NCBI GenBank assembly: GCA_003971905.1
Contig: RSEE01000036.1
Span: 558,001-622,000, forward strand
Direction: 5' to 3'
Source: Moniliella sp. 'wahieum'
Lineage: Eukaryota
DNA length: 64,000 nt
In this document: piece by piece, positions 1 to 10,216 of the stretch
Layout: each line of letters starts with the position of its first letter
Position numbering within the stretch: the stretch's first letter is position 1
The notes under the pieces: generated by a model
What the model was told of the DNA's origin: nothing
The model's database searches: none
What the model saw: only the letters and a program-made list of their open reading frames with translations
Program-made: the position numbers and the translations under genes

Positions 1-779
1 ACCCCGGAAGCATTACCACAGAACAAAACAACATGGCTAATCGAAATTTCTGGTGCACAATCTTGTGGGCCTTGCCCACCTTCAATTTCGTACGTAGTCC
101 TCACATCTATCCGGAACCTTGTTACCGGCATTTTCGATTAGCTATGAAGGGTCGAGAATTGAGAGACGGCAGAGGAGAGAGGCTGCTGCATGAAACAAGC
201 GCCACGAAGCAGGAATCAGCGATCCGAGAGAACCTGGTCGCCTGGTAGTGTCGCAAGTCACCGTGGCGTGGCGGTGCCGCGATGCGATGACGGGGGTTTT
301 GATGCAGGTGATCGCCCGCAGATGGTTCTTTTCTGGTGGATAAATTACCGATTGGATACTGGTAGGCTGCCCCCTGCGGCTCTCGATCGTTTCACACCCA
401 TTGCCAATGGCTGCCCGTTATTGATTCGGCAACGCCCGGCGGTCCCTTGCTCCACACGCGGCGAACAAGCCACACCATCACGCCAGCATTTCACTGTGGC
501 GCAGCGGCCATGGCTTCTGTTTTGGGTCGTTCTCTACCTTCTCTCGCGCGCCACGCCAACTGTCCAAGACTTGGGCACCAGCCCAACCGAGTGCATCCAT
601 CGCAGCTGCTTCTCCTTCCTTCCCCACCGCCCAGCCCGTCTACCAGTACAGGTCCCCAGTCCATGCAGCCGCTCTGGTCTAAACCCCATACCACGATGCA
701 CATGATGTAGTGTCCCTGCCTCCAGACCAACAACAATCAATATCAATATTCAATCACCGTCCCCGTTGCGTCGGTCGCT

Positions 780-2905
780 TCACTTTGACTTTGTCGGCGA
801 GGCCAGTGCGTCCTGCACGTGCTCCTTGGCCTCTGCCACCTTGTCCTGCACGCTGTCGTTCGCCAGCCCAGCCAGGTCGGGCAGCGGGTTGGTTGAGCGC
901 TGCACAGCGTTGGTCTGGCTCTGGGACGCCTCGACGCCCGACGCGCGCGCATGGACGTCCGAGTCGGATGCCGAGGGCGCAGGCGAGAGAGAGGCGGGTG
1001 GGCGGGAGGAGCGAGGCGGGCCCGGCGTTTGCTCGTCCAGCGGTCCAGCACACGGCCCAGGCCCAGCTGGAACGCCACCAGCCCAGCGGCGGCAACCCAG
1101 AGCCCGTACCAGCGTGCCGCGGCGTACGCTTGGGTCGAGCTGTGCCAGTCCAGGACAAGGAAGGGCGCAACGGTAAAGTTGAGCGTGGTTTGCGTCGCAA
1201 CCACACTGAGCGCCGAATAGAGCAGTTGCCCTTTCGTGTACCGTGGTCCCAACGAGCTGAATAGGTCGGGGTTCGACAGCAACTTTGCCAGTGACGGCAC
1301 GGCGTCCGGGCCGTGCGGTAGCGGAAAGGGTACAGTCATGTTGGGGTTCGGTGTCGTCGCTCCCGATACGGGGTAGAGAGACGAACTTGAGCCGGCTCGC
1401 AGCAGTACATCGTCCATCTCCTTCACTGTCTGCTCGTCCCCTTCGTCCTCCACTTCTTCTGACAAGTGCAGCATTTTCGCGCAGCACCTTGGCTTGGGTA
1501 CGGCGCGCACGCGCACGGCGCAGTGACGGGTTGGGCGTGTGGGGGTCTTCAAAGAAGAGCGGACGGATGTGGCGACGGATGTTCTTGGCCAGCGCAGAGA
1601 AAAGGCCAGCCAAGACGAACGCAAGGTAATACCCGGGCGCACACCATGCCAAAAGGCCGAAGTGAGGAAGGTGAGCATGCTCGCGGCAAAGCCTGGCTTG
1701 GCCCCGGGCGGGACGAGACGCTTGTAGACATTGTTGCGAAGCCAGATGTTGGTGTTGATGTTCCAATGGTCCAGCACTTCCTTCCAGTTGTTGGCCAATT
1801 CAATGTGCAGAATGTCCACGTTCAAACACCGATTCCATTGGGCTACCCAATGGTCCCTCTGTCCCGTCCGCTTACTAGGCGAGGCCGGGGCGTACCCATT
1901 GAACCCCAACCCGCTCACCACGCAAGCCCCGTCGGTGAGAGACCAAACGCCATAGTACTTGGTCCGGGCCGCCAAGCCAGCCAGCTGAATAAACAACATG
2001 CGCTTCCCAAATGATATATCAGCTACGCGCCGCCCTGGGCGGCCGGCTGGGTCAAGCGCATGTAGCTGTACTTGCTGCCCATCGTCATGAACAGTCCCGT
2101 ACACCCAGCCCTAGCACCACTTGCTGCGCCGCCTTGGTCCACCGGCCTAACGGAATGGACTTCTGTAGCGACAGAGGCTCTTGGGACAACGCGCTTCGCA
2201 GCGTCTTTGGGCCCCCACGATTGCGGCACAGGTTCGGTGGGAGGCGTGGTATAGAAGCGGCCTTCGGCCCAAGCTTGGTAGTCGACAAAGCGCGTGGCAG
2301 GACCAATGAGCACACCAGGAAAGTAAAACACGTACCCCAAAAACTCGAGGAGCGAGGGCATGGTCGTGATCCGCGACTTGCGCTGCCATGCGTCCAGCTC
2401 GGCTAGGGGCCGGTGCTGGCCATCGTAGCAGTCCCACGCAAACGTGGTCAGATTCATCACCAGCACCATCTGCATCGAGGTGATCTCCATTTCGGTGAGG
2501 GGATGTTTCCGAATTGGCGGATGAGGTGGTTGACCAGCAGATGGGCCATCTGGGCAAACATGACAATCCACGGCATCCGCGCCCCACCCAAGCCGACCGA
2601 GACGACGGCGTAGGTGAGGCAGGCCGAGACGAGCAGCTGCGCGTACCCGCCGTACAGGTGCAGCACGGGGCCCATGAAGATCCAGGAGACGACGATGTTG
2701 GTCAGGTGCTTGGCACGCGGAGGCAGGTAGGGCAAGGGCACGACGAGCGGAAGGCAAGGAGGAGGAGGGAGAAGAGCTTGACATAGTCGACGGGGGCGCC
2801 GAGCTGGTCGGCGAGCGCTTGGTACGCGCCGTCGACCGTGCCGGTGCCAGCACTCCAGAGGGCGAGCGCGGGGGCGAGCGCCTCGGAGAGGGGCGCAGAC
2901 AGCAT
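780..2905 (-). CDS. ALE1: MBOAT-family lysophospholipid acyltransferase (Ale1/Slc4-like), split by several frameshifts
   Basis: Segments chained across frames: MLSAPLSEAL..., EITSMQMVLVMNLTTFAWDCYDG, PSLLEFLGYVFYFPGVLIGP, ARTKYYGVWSLTDGACVVSGLGFNG, NVDILHIELANNWKEVLDHWNINTNIWLRNNVYKRL, LTFLTSAFWHG (catalytic His) PGYYLAF. The C-terminus ends TKSK* at 780. ATG at 2905. Confidence 0.93.
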
Positions 2906-5400
2906 GGCAGGCAGGGCGGCAGCGGTGGTGGTGGCAGAGCGGCGCAAAAGGTGGGCGCAGGCGCAGGTGGCAGCAAAAATGGGCTGCGCGGGACGGCGGG
3001 CGGGTGTCACCCACTGGGATGCATGATGAGCACGCGCTGGAATGGGTGAGCACCGCTGACGAAGACCCCTGGTCGAGCCTGTCTGGCCTAAGAATGTCCC
3101 CGAGGAGTTAGGGCAACCGGTAGCATCTAAACCCAAGGCCCAACAGGGATGAATGGCCTGCCTGATGCTGTGCGCCCGCCAGCAAGGCCGGGGGGCAGAA
3201 GCCGCGCTCGACTGAGTCTGCCAGCATCGATGGTCGGCCATGACATCATCAGTGCGCCGGCCCTGCGCAGTTGTCCATCCGGCATCATCGCAGTTCCTGT
3301 GTTTTGCCCAGACGGGGCCACGAGGTGGCACGTGCACGCTGACAGCAATGCCTGCTTGCATTGCCCCTTCAAACTTCAAGCTTGACCACGCCTCTCCCGC
3401 CGCTACGATGGCTACTGGGCCCCGCCACTGGCCGTCCACGACATCTGTCCTACTGGCAAAACCAACCGAGAGGCGGAGGAAAGAACAAAGACGACACACC
3501 AGTGAGAAGAACAAGGCCTGGGCTTGACGAGAGGATTTGCGCGTTGACCGCGGCCCAATCGCGACTCGAGCCATAGCCAGTCCTCCCGATCTCGTTGGGA
3601 GATCCGACGCAGCCCAGGTACTCGATGTGGGAGGTGTGGTGAAACTACGACGCTGGCCGACGGGTTGAGGTATGGAACAGGCACCACCGCAGCACTTCCC
3701 TCTCGGCAATTTAACATGGCACTTGGGCTCCCTCTCTCGTTGGTCGGAAAGATGAGCATGCTCGTCAAGGTATGCCTGCCACACCGAGACATTGCGGGGT
3801 CCCGGATGAGGTTTCTGACCATGGCTTGCAAAGTAGCAGGAGCACTGCCGAGGCCAACCGACATATGAATGGTGGCTCCAAATGCCGTATACCGGATGCG
3901 GAAGAAAAGGGCGTCTTAAGTGGAGTGTGGGGGCACTCGCCAATAAAGTGTTTGCGGGCGCCGTAGTAGAGGCCAAAAGTGTCTTTACTCAAAAGAGAGT
4001 CTATCTGCAGGAATACGAAGTAGGCCAGAGGCCCAATCACACGAGAGGTCACTTGTTCATCCGATACGCGATATAGGCATACTGAGGGCGCGAGGGTACC
4101 GAGTAAAACGAAACAGAAGGGGTTGGACTCTGCGACACAGTTTCCCACGGAGAGAGGGGGGTAAGGCTCCACCACAAGCTGGACGGGGGGGGGGAAAAGG
4201 GTGGAGATAAGAGGGGTAGCAAAAACTGTAGTGAATCAGTTGTGGTCGCTTTGGAGACTATAGTAGTAAGGAAGGAGAGTGAAAGTACGTCAATCACGGT
4301 GGCGACCAAGAAGTGGGACCAGGCTTACGATTGAGCAAGTAATGCTCATTCATTCCTGCCGCCTTGCCAGCCAATTGGCAGTATCTCGCCTCCTCATGTT
4401 GTCGTTCCCGATACCATCTCCATGCTCCCGGACCCCAGTAGGGGTGTTGTGGGGGCACACACCAGAGACCAGGTAGTGCATCAACTCCCGTGTGGAAGTC
4501 AGGTGTCAGGTACCGTCGGTTCGCTCGACCCATCATTAGGCCCGGTCTATACGCGCCACATCACAAAAACACACAACTGCTCTTTGCCCCCCGATGGACC
4601 AGCTGGACAAGACGGTTCCCCCTCGTGCTCTTTTTTCTCTGCCCGTTAGGTCGCCAAGCTGTGGGACGGCTCATGCGGCGCGCATCGCATCCGGGCTGTC
4701 CCCCCCGCCACCGTCCGCCGTCGCGTGACAATCGGGCTATCGTCCTTCACGCTCTCCAGCAGACGGGGTACGAGCCAGGGTGACTCGACGCGGACTGTCG
4801 CGCCTATATAAACGTTATTTTCCCCCTATGCGCTCGTCCCTGGACGTTTTCTTCCTCCGTGCGACCCTTTGTCTCATCAGGCCTCAGGAGAGCGACCAGG
4901 GACAACTAACCGATGCTCAGGTCTCCCCCGTCGCTGTCCCGAACACCTACTCTTCGATAAAGATGTCGGGGCTCAGGGAGCTGGGCCCAGGGGCAGGCGA
5001 CCGCACCTCGTTTTCATGCACAGCGGGACGCTTTAATGACCGGTATAGCTCGTGTCGCATGTGTTTCTGGCCCTTGTTCTGGCCGCGACGAAAAAGGGTC
5101 GCACGTACCCCGCCAATCTGATTGGCCGGCTTTATAGAGCAACCTTCCAACGTAGAAGAAGAGACTCTACAGTACCCCGATGCGAGACGGGTGCATCGCA
5201 TTTTCTGGGCACCACCCACCACCACTTCGAGCGCTGCATGGACCAACCCCCCTTCACCGAATCTTTCCCATGCACTACCCCGCACGACCATTGGGTTTCC
5301 CCCAAGCGGTTTCATTAACAATTCATCTTTCCTCGTTCCGTTGAACTCAACGTTGATTAATGGTTAGCGATGAGCGATCAGTGGCTCTGTCGATTCGCGC

Positions 5401-5592
5401 TTAGCACATGTTGGGAATGTTGCAGATCAAATCCCAGATGGCCGAGCAGACGAGCCACTGGACAAAGCAGTGGCAGCATTCGCGACAGTTGGGATGGTGT
5501 CGCTGCTTGGGCAGGTGGACTGGCGCCGGGGCGCCACCTGGTTCGCCGTAGCCCTGCGGCGGGTAGGCGGGCGGCGGTGCTTCGTTGCCCAT
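5401..5592 (-). CDS. Small 63-aa Pro/Gln/Tyr-rich protein with a Cys-rich hydrophobic C-terminus (CYSTM-module-like)
   Basis: Intact ORF MGNEAPPPAYPPQGYGEPGGAPAPVHLPKQRHHPNCRECCHCFVQWLVCSAIWDLICNIPNMC*. The architecture matches CYSTM tail-anchored proteins. Confidence 0.65.
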   Translation of the reverse strand: MGNEAPPPAYPPQGYGEPGGAPAPVHLPKQRHHPNCRECCHCFVQWLVCSAIWDLICNIPNMC

Positions 5593-6149
5593 CGGTGGCG
5601 CTGTTGGCGGGGGGGCGATGGGGAAGCACAGTCGCTGGGTCAGCGGCCTGCGGATGGAAGAGGCGCGAGCACGAGGGGAGGGAGGGAGGGAGAGCAAGGA
5701 GGGGACGGTGCGTACCAGAGAAAACAAAGCGGACGTGTGGTGGTGGGAAGGCCAAGAGGAGCAGACAAAAGCGCAACGCAACTGGCAACAACTAGCCACA
5801 GGCTGTGCGACGGAGCCCGATCGCGCTCAACAAACAAGGAAGCGAACAGCAGAGGCTGAATTCAGCCTGAAGCGCTGAGCGTAACAGTGGGATACTGTAT
5901 TGACCGAGGACTGATACCGCGCACTCAGTACTCAGTCGGAGTCCTCAGTCAGTGCCGAGCGAACGCGGGTGGAACGCAACGCGAGGACGAGGGCCGAGGC
6001 CAGGGCAGTGCCAGCGCCCAGCTAGAGCCTGCCAGTGCGAGCAGGCGAGCCGAGGCGGGGCCAAAGGCTGGCACAGCGCCAGTGCCCCCCAGTGGCCACC
6101 CGACGCCGAACATCCGACCCGCAGATCATCCATCGCCACAATCATTGAT

Positions 6150-6283
6150 CCATCGATCATCGATCATCATCAGGAATCATTAATCATTAATCACCGGTCA
6201 CCAGCTGGCGTACTCAGCCACAGCACTGCCCTGCCCATGCCATCGCAGGCCATCATGCATCATGCATCATCAATCATCGATCA
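6150..6283. repeat. Heptad-periodic (TCA-N4)n arrays, intergenic
   Basis: TCA at 6170/6177/6184/6191/6198 and at 6253/6260/6267/6274/6281, with variable N4 spacers. Confidence 0.85.
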
Positions 6284-6744
6284 TCCCTCTGATCGCCTCC
6301 GCCCTCCCCCGCCTTGCATCACACAACCATCAAGCAACACACATCACACGTCACCCATCGGGCACGGGCTACCAACATGACGTCACCTGCGTCACCCCCT
6401 CTCCCCCTTGCACAGGCCGAGGCGGCTGGACCCATCAGCAACCACGAATCGCTAATCATTAATCATTCTACCCCATTGCCACCCCCATCCCCTTGCCCCC
6501 TTTCCGCCGCTTTGCTGCTCATGAGCCAACCCATCCATAACGTACAAAACACACATCCACACCCTTCAACGTTCAACAGACACATCGCTAGCACACACCC
6601 AAACGCATCTGGCCCCCGACGCATCGCGTGGGGCCAGCGCTTCTTCACGGAGGTCACCATAGGGCCACCACAATTCAACCGCAGCGGATCCAACCACCCA
6701 CGACGCCAAACCAGGCGCCTCTCCAAACCAGGCACGATCAACGA

Positions 6745-7878
6745 TCAGCCGTGCACGATGGCGCCCCCACCGCCAGCAGGCGGGTAATATAGTTTCTCTT
6801 CTGGGTCACCATAGGGCGCATTCAAAGGTTTGCCGCGCAGGAACCCCGCCGGGCGACTGCCCCGGCGTCCAAACGCTCGTTCCTTCTTGGCACAGATAAA
6901 TGTGATCAGGGCAGCAAGCAGGATATCCACGTTGGGCTCAACTACCGACAGAGGGGGCAGAGATGGTTAGATTAGGGTAGGAGCAGGGTAGGGTGGGAAT
7001 GAGGTTCGCGTTCGTCCAGCGTGCTGTGCGCCGTTAGGGTGGGCCCGGCGCGCCCAGCGGATGCGAGGGAAGGACAGGGGGGGATCTACGTACCAAATAG
7101 ATGGAGCACCATCTTGGTTCCGATCGTTTGGATCCGAATCTTGGCCATCGAGCCGGGGGTGGGCGAGGTGGTAGGTGCGCAGCTGAGGGTCGTAGCTGAT
7201 GGGCAAACTGGCTTCGCCGTGGGAGTAGGGTAGCTAACTTGCCACCCCTCCCACGGCCACGGTTTGTGCAGACACAGCCGATCGTCCCCGTGCGCATCCA
7301 ACACGCGAAACGTTGAGGACGCCAACTCATGCTGCACTTGCGCCACCTCCCTCCCTGTCCGTACATCCACCACCTCGTACCGCCTTTCCCACAGGCCCGC
7401 TCGCTTGTGCCACAAAACACCGCCTCGTTCGTCGCTCGATCCACCGCTACCATCTCGGACGTCCAGCCCCCGGGGGCAAGTACCTCAATCGCCGCTGGAA
7501 GCGGGTGGGCGGCATAGCCCGGCGCCAAACACGGCATCCCACCTGAAATCGCCTGCCAACGCGCTTCATGCGACGGCGTACGACGCAGCGCCAGGCCCAC
7601 ACGCTTGCTGCCCCCCACAGTAGCACGGCGGACAAGTTGGTGGCCAACGACCAAGGGCCTGGCTGCACGCTGCGACCAGCTGCGCGCCAGTCCCCTCCGA
7701 TCCTCCGGCACCGACTCGTATCCCCGCACGGGCCCGCGCCCACCGGCACACTCTCCCCCGCTAGGGGGAGCGTCAGATCAATGGGCAGGCGAGGGAGGGG
7801 GGACGGACGGGTAGGGTAGCGGCCGGTCGAGTGGGAGCGATAGGGGGTCGGGCGCGCGAGGGGGCAGTGCATTGCCAT
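6745..7878 (-). CDS. Putative LURP-one/Tubby-C-like (scramblase-fold) protein, frameshifted; ends uncertain
   Basis: Beta-strand-like segments (EMVAVDRATNEAVF, WERRYEVVDVRTGREVAQVQHE, STFRVLDAHGDDRLCLHKPW) are followed by VVEPNVDILLAALITFI, which resembles the terminal PGVD-hydrophobic helix of LURP-one domains. Confidence 0.5.
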
Positions 7879-10131
7879 CAGGCGTCGGGGAGGGGGTCGC
7901 GCAGTCGGGGCGGTGGCATAGGGCAGACGGAGGCGGTGGATGTGGTGGTGGTGGGGGGAGCGGGCGGCGGTAGGAAGCTGATTGCATCGCCCAGGACTCA
8001 CAGTTGGCGGTAGATCGGTCGATGCGGTTGGGGGAGTGGGGGGGGGGGATGGTGGGGGGAGAGGCGAGTGGCCTGTGCGATGTCCTGCTGCCTCCGCTTG
8101 GGTTCCGCGGGTCTGGCGGCGCAGTGTTGAGCGCCCAGCAGCCCCTATGCTAATTGGGCCCCAGATCTCACATCTTACTCGACGCGCCGCTGAGCTCACC
8201 TTAAGGCTTAGAACGCCTGCACAGACCAGGGCACAGGGCCGGTGCAGGTTACTGCCGGCGAGTGACGGTCACTGGTCACTTGCACTGTCACGTGCACGCT
8301 CCATCCGCTCCTGCTGCTCTGCTCGTCCATTTTCGCGATCCGCCATGGCATATTCTGTACTCCGCGAGCAGCTCAGCCTATTCATGCTTTTCTTGGCCAC
8401 CTCGGGGTGGTGGGATCTAGAACCATCAAAATGACTGACGGATGTGAGCCCAGTAGTAGTAGCAAGCCACCTACGCGAATGCGCCCAGATCTCACCGTGC
8501 TCCTCTCCAGGGGATTTTTATTGATTCAGGCTGTCGGTGTAGATGGGGGAATGATACCGATGAGAGAGGGGAAAAATCAACAGAAGGGAAGGGGAGGAAA
8601 AAAGGGGAAGAGGGGGAAGCACCGCGTGTGCCAGCGCAGCCAGAAGGGCAAGGTTCAAGAGTGGGTCCGAGAGCAACAAATGAATGCCCGTTGGGGTTTT
8701 GGCTCTATGGTCGGTTTTAGGGGGGGGGTGGAGGTGATTGGATAGACCGGGGGAGGGGACACACTCGGTGAATGAGGGGGAGAAGCAGTGGGCGAACTCA
8801 AACTGGACGCGAGAGGAAAACAACACACAGGCCGCGCCTGTGATGGGGTGTGGGATGAGACGAGGAACAAGCTGTAGGGTGCAACCTGTGGGTCGATGAA
8901 AGCCAGCAGGCAGAGTTGATTGTGCAACCAGCAGAATGGGAACAAGGAGTGGAACGAGGCGACAGAGAAGGAAGAAGCCAAAAGGTGGAGAATGGGACAT
9001 ATGTGGTGTTTGTTCCACTGTGAGCGGGGTAAACGTGCGCTGACGCGCCGAAAGGCTTCAACATTGAATGGCAAAGCAAGACACCTTCACCGTCTCTTTG
9101 TCACTGTGCCTCTCAGCATGCGAGAGATCATATGGATCGTGCCCACGTCCTTTTCCCGTTCCAACGTTTTCTTCTCGAGGGATGCCCTCTGACAGCATGA
9201 CAGAGGAATTGACGATGTGCTGAGAGAGTGCTGAGTATACGAGAAGAGTGTCAGTTGAACGTTGAACGTTTTGATCGTTGAAACAGTCATCGATCTCAAA
9301 AGAGTGCTCACTGAGCTGAGATCAGCTCTGAGTGGCTCTTCCCAGCGCTCTCAGCGTCAGCTTTCAGCCTCTCAGCGATCTCAGCGTGTTCTCAGATGAA
9401 CGCTCCACCCAGCTGGGTTTTGGCTTTAACGCGGAACATTTGATACAGGAGTCGGTTGGATGGCGAGGAAAAGCAGCGTTGCTCTACAGCGCCACTCTGG
9501 CCGGCCAAAAGCCTGCCCCTCCTGCCCACGAACGAGAATGGAGGGCACAGGATGTGGATGCGGCAGGGTCGGGAAGACTGCGGCTGACGAGTGCTGAGGC
9601 CAGGTCCAATGTAGTGCCCCCATTGACGCCATCAGCAAGCAAGGGGTGCTGCGGTGCTCTTGTTCCGTGGTCAGAACGTTGGTCCAAGCTTCCACTTCAC
9701 GCTTCAAGCTTCTTGGCCTTCAATTAAGCGCAGAGGATGTTGTGTGGGGCGGGCGTTCGGACGATTGATCCGACGATCAAGGCCTGGTGATCAATGATTG
9801 GTGGTGATGTGAGAGAGCGCTGACAGCAGCGTGGCTTGGGCCAGCACACAGCAGGCCCGCTGGGGGGGGGCAGCGCCAGTGCGTGGGCTGCGCTGGGAAG
9901 GATAGGGTTGGCCATGGAGCGGCAGGCACACAGTGGCGTGGAGGCCAGGAACAGACAGCGGCTGACTGTGACAGGCGTGTGCTGCCTCGTGCTGGGGTGT
10001 AGCCACGAACCCACATGCACAAGCAGCGCATGGATGCATGCGTACGAGGCGTCTGCGCGTACAGCATATACCCAGCCTACGCCCGCATCCAGCCTTCCAT
10101 CCTTCCATCCATCCTCCCTCCCTCCACCACC

Positions 10132-10205
10132 CCACCACCTCACCACCCTCACCACCCTCACCACCCTCACCACCCTCACCACCCTCACCACCCCCACCAC
10201 CCCCC
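10132..10205 (+). repeat. (CACCACCCT)n 9-mer tandem repeat just upstream of the RRM gene ATG
   Basis: About 5 perfect copies plus degenerate flanking copies, read directly. Confidence 0.9.
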
Positions 10206-10216
10206 TGGCCCCTGCC

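Noticed and set aside
8400..9100. Possible small secreted protein on the minus strand (DPLLNLALLAALAHA)
   Set aside because: No reliable start codon, splice model or family similarity could be established.
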